Origin: Macrostomum lignano
Taxonomy: Eukaryota
Direction of reading: 5' to 3'
Length of the DNA: 64,000 bases
Assembly: GCA_002269645.1 (NCBI GenBank)
Contig: NIVC01000095.1
Span: 186,001-250,000 of the forward strand
In this document: positions 12,213 to 23,881 of the stretch, in pieces
Layout: the number at the start of each line of letters is the position of its first letter
Numbering within the stretch: the first letter of the stretch is position 1
The notes under the pieces: model-generated
The model's database searches: none
What the model was told of the DNA's origin: nothing
Seen by the model: only the letters and a program-made list of their open reading frames with translations
Position numbers and translations under genes: made by a program

Positions 12213-12407
12213 ATGAAGTGGCAACTCGCTCTCGGACTTTTGCTGTGCGCAGCCCTGGCTGTCGCCGAGCCCACCCAGGAGGAGAAGGCTGAGGCCATGG
12301 CCGATCTGGAGGCTCTGTCCAACGTGGACGAGTCCAGCATGTCGGAGGAGGCCGTTCACAACGCCAAGAAGTTCATCAGGGCTAGGGTCAGGGTTAGGCT
12401 TGGTTAA
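12213..12407 (+). CDS. Small secreted prepropeptide (signal peptide, acidic pro-region, KK, cationic peptide ending in Gly)
   Basis: MKWQLALGLLLCAALAVA|EPTQEEKAEAMADLEALSNVDESSMSEEAVHNA-KK-FIRARVRVRL-G*. GC3-rich codons like the other genes in the window. TATA-like cataaat at ~12123. The 3' end could instead be spliced. Confidence 0.75.
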   Translation: MKWQLALGLLLCAALAVAEPTQEEKAEAMADLEALSNVDESSMSEEAVHNAKKFIRARVRVRLG

Positions 12408-12836
12408 ATGTAAACCGCAGCCACATCTCAGACCCAACTCGCTTCATCAAAGCTTGAGACTCGCTGGCACTGACGACAACTCACTCTGAACTCGGACTCC
12501 TGATGGCAAAACTATTGACTTGATCAGCAGTTTTACAAAAATATAACACCAATTATATTTACCCTCTGTTTAAGATCTCAGTAGAACTATAAGCTTTGTC
12601 TTACTGAACGTTTTTAATTTAACCAAGTCCAGTCTTTCCGTAGTGAACTGTTAATTTTACTTATTCACAGATAATTGTATACTTGTACTCAGTTAAGTCT
12701 CAGTTCGGTGCCTGAGCGCAAAAATCTGGCATTGCGTAAGGCATTGGTCGAGCATTGGAAAAAATTCTCAATATACATACGTATAATAGTATAATATAAT
12801 AGATATATTTTTCTATGGTAATTTATCGGTTGTAGG

Positions 12837-14548
12837 AGGACTGAGAACCATTTCTCAGTCCCCAAACGAGGCCTGAGAAATAGTTCTCAGTCCTGCTATA
12901 AACAGTTGTATTTAACATATGTAAACCAACAACAGGAAGTTCAAATAGTAAGATTTAGAAGCGTCTTGTAAGCACTCACTCGAAAACGATTTCAACGGTG
13001 TTGGTGTTACCATTGATGTTAAGCCTCATTTTCTTTGCAGGATTAGCAGTCTACGTTACTTTGTTCCATAGCTTCAACAGAGCGTTCAGGCTCGGTGTCA
13101 ATAGACAGACTTGATGACTGACCACCAGATTGAAGAGCATGCGATACTTTAACATGGTCTTGTACGTCAAACTGAATATAGCGCTCAATAGCTGTCGAAG
13201 AGTGTCCTGTAACACGAGCGATGTCCTCTCTAGCAAAGCCAGCACGGTGTAGAGTACTTGCGCAAGTCTTGCGTAGAGACTGATTAGTGTACCTCTCAGT
13301 CACTCCAGTTAGGGGAGCCGTTAATTCACGAACAATACCGTCGAAGCTGTGCCGGCCGACGGGTGCGTTTTGGTACCACCTGCCTTGCTGGATGCTGGCA
13401 TCGCTACGCATCCAAGCCAGGAACAAATTCTGAACCGTACAGTTTTCCGGTCTTTTGTCCACATACAGCTTGTAGATGCAGGGTAGACATATATCATGAT
13501 CAGCAGTATGAGATGCTTTAACGGTTTTCAATCGAACAAAACGTCGCTTTATGCCAGCGTTGTTGGTCTTCGTGGCTCTGTTCTCACAGTAAACTAGAAG
13601 TTCTTGACCGTCTTCATGCTGCAACTGGATCTCACAGCTATATCTCAGACCATGCAGCTCCGTGCCTCCACGCAAAGCGAACTGCTTGCCAAGGTAGAAC
13701 ACAAGCGTAAACAGCAGTAATTTCGGCGACGTTGTTGCAAGACGTCCTTTCTGCCACAACTCCTCCTCCAGAGTTGCGGGAATTGGGCTAGACGCATTTG
13801 TCCCCGGAACTAGGCCCTCTCTAGTAGCTTCTTTCATGGCAGCATCCAATGCCATTCTTGCATCCCTGCACGCAGCGTCCTTCCAGAGATTCAGTTCTTT
13901 CTTGAGCGTGTACTGCAGATAGTGTTGTATCATGGAAAATATGTCCCTAAGGGTCGTAGCATTGTATTTAGTGCCATCGACTTTTCGCACCTCGAGAATG
14001 AATATCTTTAATAGATAGTTCCAATCGCAAGCGTTCCATTCATGACGCTCCTTCAACACGAGAAGGCCAGTTGTATCACCATGTAGAATTCGATTGTGTC
14101 AAACCACTGGTCAAAAATTCTTACAGCCCATAGTTCCTTCCTTCGCGTATTTGGTGGGATAGCAGCGTCCAGCTTCCCATGTATTTCGTCAGTCGAGAGC
14201 GTAGCGAATCGATCACTACCAGCAGCAGGATTCGTTGCAGCGGATTCTTTACTTTCAAAATATCGTAGCACTAGATCTAAGTCGTCTTCCATGGTTCTAT
14301 TATATATGCAAATGGATGGACTGCTCAGTGCTCCATCTAGGTAGACGATTTATAACACTTTAGCCAGTCAGTCACATAGCTTGTGCCATAGACTAACTGT
14401 ACTGGATATTGATGCGTATTTTGCTTTCAGTAGGTTAAGTATACATTCTCCTCCTTTTTCCAAATATGTCTTCGCCTCGGCCTGAGAAATGCATCCTCGG
14501 ACTTACTTTTCCATAGCCACACTGGGAAAAGGAGGAGAATTTATACTT
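12837..14548 (-). mobile_element. Crypton-type (DUF3504) tyrosine-recombinase DNA transposon with hairpin-rich ends
   Basis: YR ORF inside. Left end has nested inverted repeats (aggactgagaac 12837-12848 / gttctcagtcct 12883-12894). Right end has a ~22-bp IR (14437-14459 / 14526-14548). ggcctgagaaat occurs at both ends. Exact termini not certain. Confidence 0.7.
13043..14292 (-). CDS. Crypton/DUF3504 tyrosine recombinase (one-base frameshift near 14087)
   Basis: N-part ..AIPPNTRRKELWAVRIFDQW joins, with +1 nt, ..LKIFILEVRKVDGTKYNATTL..VFYLGKQFALRGGTEL..TKTNNAG..WYQNAPVGRH..YTNQSLRKTCASTL..TGHSS..RY. This gives the YR catalytic set R-K-(H>Q)xxR-H-Y. ~416 aa if restored. Confidence 0.85.
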
Positions 14549-14756
14549 CAGCCACCCTGAAGAAAAAATCTCAATGGAATTTTCGCTTTGTGCTACTCTT
14601 CCTGTGAAGCTGTGGGAAAGTAGTATGGAGAAGAATCAACATAGACGATATCACTCGCATGGGCTTGTGATTTTTGTCTTTTGTTTTTTTAATAATCATA
14701 CGTCGTAGATCAACAACATTATTTTATTCTGAGGCGAAGAGCAGTGCGGTGCTATC

Positions 14757-15186
14757 ATGACAAAATCTCGAGCCCAGTGCGCAGCTTATGGCTGCAATTC
14801 CTATGCCTACAAGTGCCCGCATTTGACGCGATTTCATGCATTTCCTTCTGGAGACAGTGCAAGGTATGTAGTTCAGAGAACACATAGTTGACTCCTGTGG
14901 TATGAGTTTTCTTTTTTGATTTTAGAATCACTTTAGTGTTCAAACTCTTGCATCTTTCAGGTGCGAAGACTGGGCTCGGCGATTGTTTCGAGCTGACCTC
15001 CTGGGAAAAGCAAACGAACACAAATGGAAGAGAGCGGTTGTGTGCAGTTTACACTTCAGGGATGATTTGTACACCTGCCCAAATCAACGTCACGAGCCGG
15101 GAACGCGCCTTTTAAGCAGTGCATATCCTGCATTGAACCTTTACAAGGACGCTCCTCGGTTGAACGAAAACGAAAGCCACCGTTAG
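14757..15186 (+). CDS. THAP (C2CH zinc finger) domain protein, 5' exons; probably extends further
   Basis: Exon 14757-14863 (MTKSRAQCAAYGCNSYAYKCPHLTRFHAFPSGDSA), intron gtatgt..tttcag, exon from 14961 (RCEDWARRLFRADLL..VVCSLHF..LLSSAYPALNL). All THAP signature residues are present. One extra A in the A4 run at 15167-15170 gives NEKRKPPLVRR and extends the ORF past the apparent stop at 15186. Confidence 0.85.
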
Positions 15187-16050
15187 TTCGAAGAGTGTCA
15201 GCACGGCCAGACCCTTGCAGTCCTGCTTCTGCTGCGCTTCACGATCCTCAACCTTATCCCCAAGTACATTGTTTTCAATTTTGAATTTGTTTACTTAAGC
15301 GCTGCAGAAGTGTACTTTACATTCTTTCCATTTATGAACCTTTTATTGTTCTTAAGTCAAATTGTTTACAGTTTTTTGCTTATGCGGTATGGAATCGAAT
15401 ACTGGATGAGTGATTGTTAACCACCATAAGATCTTGCCACTTAAGTTTTATAACAATTGCATAATTTCAATTACACCGGCTGCTCTAGGAGCTCGCACAA
15501 GCAGTAAACTGCTGTCTGCTACTTTAATGTTATCAATTAGTTACAACTACTTATAAATGTTCACAGGAAGAGTAGCATCTATGGTGTTTTAATTCGAGAC
15601 GCATTCTACTAATCGATTGAGCATTCTGTGGTATTCTGTGAGTGTACGACTGACGAGACGAGAAGCTGCAATCTTGTCTTCACTTTCTATGGTATCCACG
15701 CCAGGTGAGCCTGAATCCGACGATGTGGACGCGCTGGGAGAGCTTCGAATTTCTAAGAAAACATCGACGAGCTAATTTGTTTCACAGCCTGTTTCATAGG
15801 GAGTACACAGTAAAAAGGGATTTACCACAAATATCTGCGCTAGGATATTGTACAGACCTTGTCGCTTTCCTAAGTGTAAGGAGACCGCAGCAGTCAAGAT
15901 CAGATACTCATATCGGGAATCCAAGATCCACTTGCGGAGCTTCCTACTTGCAACCAGGAATCGTAGCGTTTCAACATACTTAAAAGATTTAGGCATGCGT
16001 ATAAATAGTTTTCAAAACTTCGCGCGTATTTACGGGCAGAATAATTTTTA

Positions 16051-16465
<415 letters not shown>

Positions 16466-16635
16466 GTGACAAACATTTGGTGTATTAATTACCCCACGGA
16501 GATTCTCATTCAAATTACTTAACTGTGTACATCGCTGTCTATGGCATAGACTAAAAATAGTCGCTAAGGTAGGATGGCAGACACTAAACTTATCTAAAAG
16601 TTTTGTCCGAATCCAAAAAGGCCCCCTTGCCTACA

Positions 16636-16971
16636 ATGGACTTCACAGCCTCTTCCGCTGCCCAGCAGGCCGTCTCTGTGCATCGCGTATTCTTCCCGGT
16701 ACACGTGTACGTTCACTACACCGACATGCACAACTATGCCGATCGCATGGCCCAAATCCGGCAGCGACTTACTGAATACGAATTCTTCCCATTCCCGGTG
16801 ACCTTCACGCCTGTGTTGGCCTCGGGTACGGAATTCGACACCAACATATTCGACGTGTACGTTTTTGGCGGGCATCGTCGGTACAAGTTCGGCATATTCG
16901 ACGGTCGAGTGCCCAGTTTAGCTGAAATTGTTGACACCATCGGCTGGGCTGCGGTGCGCGGCGAAAATTAA
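16636..16971 (+). CDS. 111-aa protein, probably Rdx family (SelW/SelT/MIEN1-like thioredoxin-like fold) without CxxC/CxxU
   Basis: GC-rich codon-biased ORF from the ATG at 16636. VHVYVHYTDMHNYADRMAQIRQRL..NIFDVYV..DGRVPSLAEIVDTI follows the Rdx pattern VxIxYCxxCGYxxRxxxLxxxL..GxFEVxV..GxFPxxxEIxxxI. An upstream exon cannot be excluded. Confidence 0.65.
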   Translation: MDFTASSAAQQAVSVHRVFFPVHVYVHYTDMHNYADRMAQIRQRLTEYEFFPFPVTFTPVLASGTEFDTNIFDVYVFGGHRRYKFGIFDGRVPSLAEIVDTIGWAAVRGEN

Positions 16972-17104
16972 CAGGCTGCAGAGAGCTGATAGACACCTGC
17001 GATCCGGCCGTTTACCAATGCCAACAGTATGGAAACTTATTTACAGTTTGCCCAGGTCCGTTCCACTTCCAGTTATTAAAAATTTATCCTTCCAAGATGG
17101 GAGT

Positions 17105-17479
<375 letters not shown>

Positions 17480-18371
17480 ATTCTCTGTCGAGTATTTACT
17501 TTTAAGCCGTATTAAAGTTTAGGAAATTGTTGATAAATATCAGGCAACTTCAAACGCAATGCCTACTTCTTTAAGTGAAGAATTCTACAATCGGAAGTGT
17601 GCTCCTGACAAAGATGGCAGACTACCTTCTGATGTCAAGGATCGATGACAACTGCAGGGAATCTGCACATAAATGGTGCTCATGGTCAACTTAAAAAACA
17701 ACTGAAACTCTAAAAAATATTATTTTATCTCCAAGAGGTACGACTTTATAAAATTTTGAAATGCACAATTACGGCATCGTATGCGCATTAATAATTAGTT
17801 TTAACTTACTGAAAAGTTTAAATTTTTTATTGCTTTCTGAAATCATTCATCACATATTGTTCAGTGAAAATTATGCAATATACGAGCGTCTATTTTTTAG
17901 TTGTATTGTAGATCTACGGAGATAATTCTCTCTGGGGTTTAAACGTGTTAGTAGTGTGTGCCAAGGTAATATGTTTTTTGTTAGGTTAGCTAGGGAGTTT
18001 GTAGGCTTGAATAGATGTAAAATATGTCTGACTCTCGAAAAAGCAGGTGTAATAATTGTTTCAAATAGGAAATTACACCGCTTCTGCCAGGCATCGCTAC
18101 CTTCACGGAAAGATCCTCAAATTAAGGAATGACCATTCTGCCTCTGTGACTGCCTTGGCCCAAGAAACCCGGACCTCTCCAGACTTTTTCAGGCCCCAGA
18201 ATCTCTGCCAGCTCGTCTGTTACCGAAGGGCTACCGAGAGAGCAACCATCCACCTCCTGAAATCGAGGGGGAGGAACGCGCTGCGGACGCTGGCACCACC
18301 GGATCTCTCTGCAGCACCAGCTTCCCGTGATTGCCAATGATTAGCGGATTGAGTAATAAAGCCAGTAGCTC

Positions 18372-18602
<231 letters not shown>

Positions 18603-18829
18603 GATAGATTGAGGAACAACCAATAATCCTCAGGTCTGATATTTACGCTTTAAAGTAGTATAGCCAACAATCTTAACTTAGTTTTGAAAAACTCTAAACT
18701 CGTCGGGTTGTTATTGCAAACGAAAATCGTTTTTATAGGCTAGTTGGTTATATTTGTGTTGATTAAAAATCTGCTGCTTAAAAAGAGTTAATGTTTTTGA
18801 TCGATTCCTGCTCATATTCAGGTAGATCT

Positions 18830-19576
18830 TCAGACGCTGAACTTGACCCAGTTGGCGCCAGTCTCAATCCATTCATCAACCTGGGCATCCGTGAACTGCA
18901 GCAGACGGCACTTCTTAGTCATCGTGTTGAACAGAGCCCGCCTGGTGCTGCCCTCGCTGGTTGCAGCGGCGGCGCATTCAATCACGCTGTCCACTTCGAC
19001 GTCCTTGAAGCAGTAGTTAGCGTCGTAGTTGTAGCTGGTCCGTTTGAACTGGGTCCGTTTCCAGACGGCCAGCTTGAAAGCCGGAACAGTTGACTTGGGG
19101 GCGACGTATTCGCACATGAATCCGCGAAGGTTTGAGCACTCGGTGTCAATGAACTGCACAGTGGCAGTTGAGCTAGATATGCAGTCCTGGTTGCCAAGGC
19201 TACTAGGCATACCCATGTACCACAGGGAGGTGTTGTAGGGTACATTTCCATAGTCGTTGATCCGCTGCCAGCCGCCCTTAAGGGTGTCTCTCTCGTCCGC
19301 CAGGTCGCTGACTCCGTACCACAGCCTGCAGCCAGCACTCACTGCACTGGGCATGTTGTCCAGCACCTTCAACGATTCGTACTGGTTGATGAGTTCGCCA
19401 TCCATCGACTGGCAGATTTCGTTCGCCTGGCACCAGGTGTAGATATCGTTTCGTCTAGTATAAATACACTTGCCAGCCTCGATGGCGTACGGAGGTGGGC
19501 AGTCAAGAGCCGTTGACAGTTTAGCCAGCAATAGGAGGGTTAAAAGTGTCAGAAGGCTGGTTCGGCAGCAACCCAT
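18830..19576 (-). CDS. Secreted C-type lectin domain protein with C-terminal PAN/apple-like domain
   Basis: Intronless 248-aa ORF. Signal peptide (..LLTLLTLLLLAKLSTA). CTLD: CPPPY..GKCIY..TWCQANEICQSMDGEL..WYGVSD..QDC..CSNLRGFMCE. Then VDSVIECAAAA..ALFNTMTKKCRL. Confidence 0.92.
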   Translation of the reverse strand: MGCCRTSLLTLLTLLLLAKLSTALDCPPPYAIEAGKCIYTRRNDIYTWCQANEICQSMDGELINQYESLKVLDNMPSAVSAGCRLWYGVSDLADERDTLKGGWQRINDYGNVPYNTSLWYMGMPSSLGNQDCISSSTATVQFIDTECSNLRGFMCEYVAPKSTVPAFKLAVWKRTQFKRTSYNYDANYCFKDVEVDSVIECAAAATSEGSTRRALFNTMTKKCRLLQFTDAQVDEWIETGANWVKFSV

Positions 19577-19642
19577 CGCTAGAGCTCGCTAGCACTCTTT
19601 ATCGCGCCCTGATGCAGCGCCGACGACAAACAAATTAACTGA

Positions 19643-19649
19643 TTTTATA
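19643..19649 (-). promoter_or_regulatory. Candidate TATA box of the C-type lectin gene
   Basis: TATAAAA on the minus strand ~70 nt upstream of the ATG at 19576. Confidence 0.45.
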
Positions 19650-20634
19650 GACGGTCTAGACAATTAGTTCGGCAGCAACAATTGCTCTCTTCTGGAAAAA
19701 GAGAGAGCCTTTCGGCCCGTTTTGCTTGTCGGTGCGCTGCGTTTGATCTAAAAGAACATCCATGGACGACTCGGGTTAGAGCTCTGGATTAGAAGCTGGT
19801 AGCTCTGGATTGATTTTTACTAGCTTGCAAATAAAAATTGCAGAAAAATATCTTTAAAAAATCGCCAGTTTGTGTTCGTATTAAACCTTTGGCGCGTTCA
19901 TGAGGGCCAAAGCTCCAAGGCACATGGAGAGTGTACATGTCTGTTGATACGGAAGTCTGGTTATCTGTGCATCCTGAGCAAGCGTATATCCAGGGACTCA
20001 GAAACTCGGTTTCTAATTATCTAAGAATTTAAACAAATTCAGAGGCTTCTGAGGGTGTACAAGTTATCTGCAAATTAGCTCAGGCTTTCTGTTTGGAACT
20101 CCCTGAATCTCTATAGCGTGGCTGAAAAGTGAATTCCGATTTGCAGAAAAAGCAAACAATAAATTTGTTTCTACGACGTTTATTCTACGAGGTAGATCGA
20201 AAATCTACGATGTTACGTGCTTCTACGTGTAATTCTTCCCTTTTTTGTTTGCCGCTCCTGTTGCTCTGTACTAAAGCAGTTCACTAGAGAACTATAATGC
20301 TCAGCTCATAATCAAAACTTTATCGAGTCCATTATTTGCCGATTACTTATTATTTTTTGCCATCGAGTATTGACCAATGTCTCAACTGCTGAAATTATCA
20401 AAATAAGTAATAAGTAATTAGTAATTAGCAAAATGGCTGGTTAAATTAAAATAACAGTTAATATTATAAATTTTCAGTATTCTCAATACAGTTGGAGACC
20501 CAAAAACCAGATGAAAAAGTACCGACTTTCGAAGAATGACAATATTTATCAAAATTTTGCCTGAAACCCCTTTCAGAACTTTGCCTGAAATTTGTGTGTG
20601 AAAATTATTACATTTTATAAATACAAAAACTCTA

Positions 20635-21300
20635 AAACACCCTGCAGACTCTAAGACACCCTGTAGACTCTAAAACACCCTGTAGACCCTAAGTCACCCT
20701 GCAGACCTTAAGACATCATTAAGACACCATGAAGACCCTAAGACACCCTGCAGACCTTAAGATACCCTGTAAACCCTAAGACACCCTGCAGACCCTAAGA
20801 CACACCGCATGAAGATCCTAAGACACCATGAAGACCCTAATACACCCTGAAGACCTTAAGACATCATTAAGACACCATGAAGACCCAAAGACACCCTGCA
20901 GACCCAAAGACACCCTGCAGACCCTAAGACACCCTGCAGACCCTAAGACACCTTGCAGACCCTAAGACACCCTGCAGACCCTAAGACACCTTGCAGACCC
21001 TAAGACACCTTGCAGACCCTAAGACACCTTGCAGACCCTAAGACACCATGAAGACCCTAAGACACCCTGCAGACCCTAAGACACCCTGCAGACCCTAAGA
21101 CACCCTGCAGACCCCTTAGACACCCTGCAGACCCCTAAGACACCCTGCAGACCCCCTAAGACACCCTGCAGACCCTAAGACACCCTGCAGACCCCTAAGA
21201 CACCATGAAGACCCAAAGACACCCTGCAGACCCTAGGACACCCTGCAGACCCCTAAGACACCATGAAGACCCTTATACACCCTGAAGACCCGAAGACACC
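20635..21300. repeat. ~19-bp minisatellite
   Basis: gacaccctgcagaccctaa and variants. Confidence 0.92.
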
Positions 21301-21724
21301 CTGCCGGCTCCAAGACACTGTGCAGACATCTGGAAAGAGTTGCTCTTTGAAAAAAAAGCTTGAGTCACTTTGGAATTTCAGCACGCCGTTTCTGCTTCTA
21401 TTCAAATTCAAATCAATTCAAATTCCTGTCAGCCAAAAGCCACTGAGAAAGTTCTGTTAAGGAAACTGATAATAAGTTTGCAAATAATCTGAATGCTTTA
21501 TATATGCGGGGTATATTTTTATAACAATTCAGAAAATCCATTTTAGTACAGCTGGACATAATCTAGATCGAGTGCATAGGCAGAAACACAACTTGAAAAA
21601 GGATGGATTAAATTAATAACTGCTATAAGCAATAACCATATAATGCAGATATACCATCAATGATATTAACTTATATTTGGTTGAGTACTACATGTACACA
21701 TTCTCATTTGTTGGCATCACACAG

Positions 21725-22625
21725 GGGTGCGCCATCACACTCTAGGGGGGGGCTCTTACTCTAGGGGAGGGCGCCATCACACTCTAGGGGGGGGGGGCTC
21801 TTACTCTAGGGGAGGGCGCCATCACACTCTAGGGGGGGGGGCTCTTACTCTAGGGAGGGCGCCATCACACTCTAGGGGGGGGCTCTTACTCTAGGGGAGG
21901 GCGCCATCACACTCTAGGGGGAGGGGCTCTTACTCTAGGGGAGGGCGCCCTCACACTCTAGGGGGAGGGGCTCTTACTCTAGGGGAGGGCGCCCTCACAC
22001 TCTAGGGGGAGGGGCTCTTACTCTAGGGGAGGGCGCCATCACACTCTAGGGGGAGGGGCTCTTACTCTAGGGGAGGGCGCCCTCACACTCTAGGGGGAGG
22101 GGCTCTTACTCTAGGGGAGGGCGCCATCACACTCTAGGGGGAGGGGCTCTTACTCTAGGGGAGGGCGCCCTCACACTCTAGGGGGAGGGGCTCTTACTCT
22201 AGGGGAGGGCGCCCTCACACTCTAGGGGGAGGGGCTCTTACTCTAGGGGAGGGCGCCCTCACACTCTAGGGGGAGGGGGCTCTTACTCTAGGGGAGGGCG
22301 CCATCACACTCTAGGGGGAGGGGCTCTTACTCTAGGGGAGGGCGCCCTCACACTCTAGGGGGAGGGGCTCTTACTCTAGGGGAGGGCGCCCTCACACTCT
22401 AGGGGAGGGGCTCTTACTCTAGGGGAGGGCGCCCTCACACTCTAGGGGGAGGGGCTCTTACTCTAGGGGAGGGCGCCCTCACACTCTAGGGGGAGGGGCT
22501 CTTACTCTAGGGGAGGGCGCCCTCACACTCTAGGGGAGGGGCTCTTACTCTAGGGGAGGGCGCCATCACACTCTAGGGGGAGGGGCTCTTACTCTAGGGG
22601 AGGGCGCCATCACACTCTAGGGGGA
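21725..22625. repeat. ~44-bp G-rich minisatellite
   Basis: About 20 copies of actctaggggagggcgcc(a/c)tcac-actctagggggaggggctctt. Confidence 0.95.
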
Positions 22626-22755
22626 GTTATCACTCAGAATATCTAAGCAGATTTCCATCTAGGATGTACCTAATCTGCAAGTCATCAAAATTAATTTTTC
22701 AGAAAGCAAACTGAGCTGGATATAACAATCTTTACAAAATTCCCAAGTTAAGCAG

Positions 22756-23108
22756 TTAAATATCGTGCGTATTGAGGCCGAACTCCAACAGAGCAGATTT
22801 GTACTGCTGATGCAGGCCAGTCTCTTTCTCCTCAAATCCAAGCCATTCGCTCTTCAATTTTTCTATCAGCGAATCCAAGGACGAGTGCAGCATGTTCTGG
22901 TACTGGCTGTGCAGATTCTGCATCTTCAGCTCCAGCGAGCTGATCTTCTCGTCCTTCTCGCGAACTGTCCTCTCCAATTCGCGGCGAAGATCGGCGAGTT
23001 CGGCTGTGCGCTCGGCCAGGTCCTCGTTGGCTCGGTGCAGGTCCCGCTCCAGCTGGTTCACCTGGAGACCCATCTGGGCCTGCGTGGTAGTTGGAGGGGT
23101 TGGAAAGC

Positions 23109-23140
<32 letters not shown>

Positions 23141-23143
23141 TAG

Positions 23144-23226
<83 letters not shown>

Positions 23227-23227
23227 G

Positions 23228-23260
<33 letters not shown>

Positions 23261-23263
23261 TGG

Positions 23264-23327
<64 letters not shown>

Positions 23328-23355
23328 CGTCTGTCTGTCTGTCTGTCTGTCTTGG

Positions 23356-23412
<57 letters not shown>

Positions 23413-23881
23413 TGTGCCTGTCTGTCTGTCTGTCTGTCTGTCGTCTTTTTCTCAGCATGGTATTCTTTCTGCCTCTTTAAAAATGATTTCCGACAATAAG
23501 CTTTTGGCCCCTTTTTTACACCCACCTGCATCATCTTGTACTGCTTGCTCATGTAGGCATTCACATCGGCTGCCTCTTCTTGCATTTCTTCAAGCTCGCG
23601 CACGGCGCCGTCCTTCGTTGAAGCGGCCTCCACGCCGGCGGCCAGGGCTTTGCGGGTCAGGTCCTTGCGCTGCGCGATGCCCTCCCTGTGGAGTTTGCGG
23701 CGCGGTTAAGTCATGATATGCTTGTTCTTCTAGAATCAGATCAGAATGAGACTCAAGGTTAAAATCCATACCTGAGCGACATGTTTTCCTTGATTCCGCG
23801 AGCCACTTTCTCTTCCATCTCCAGGACTGCGGGATCCTTCTTCTTTTTGCCGCCTTTCTTTCTTTTCTTTTTTGGCGGCAT
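22756..23881 (-). CDS. CCDC153: Coiled-coil domain-containing protein 153 (dynein regulatory complex subunit 12)
   Basis: Exons 23881-23772, 23685-23526 and 23079-22756 (197 aa, phases consistent). [15 protein letters not shown] start; [16 protein letters not shown]; [10 protein letters not shown]; [24 protein letters not shown]; ..LLEFGLN. Confidence 0.85.
23110..23441. repeat. (GTCT)n microsatellite in CCDC153 intron 2 (GACA on the sense strand)
   Basis: Tetranucleotide run with occasional gtgt/tagt interruptions. Confidence 0.97.

Noticed and set aside
15600-16050. Possible downstream exons of the THAP gene or a P-element transposase core
   Set aside because: No frame gave recognisable transposase motifs, and splice sites could not be assigned.
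18056-18340. GC-rich patch with 71-94-aa ORFs
   Set aside because: No ATG-led ORF with a recognisable domain or clear splice context.
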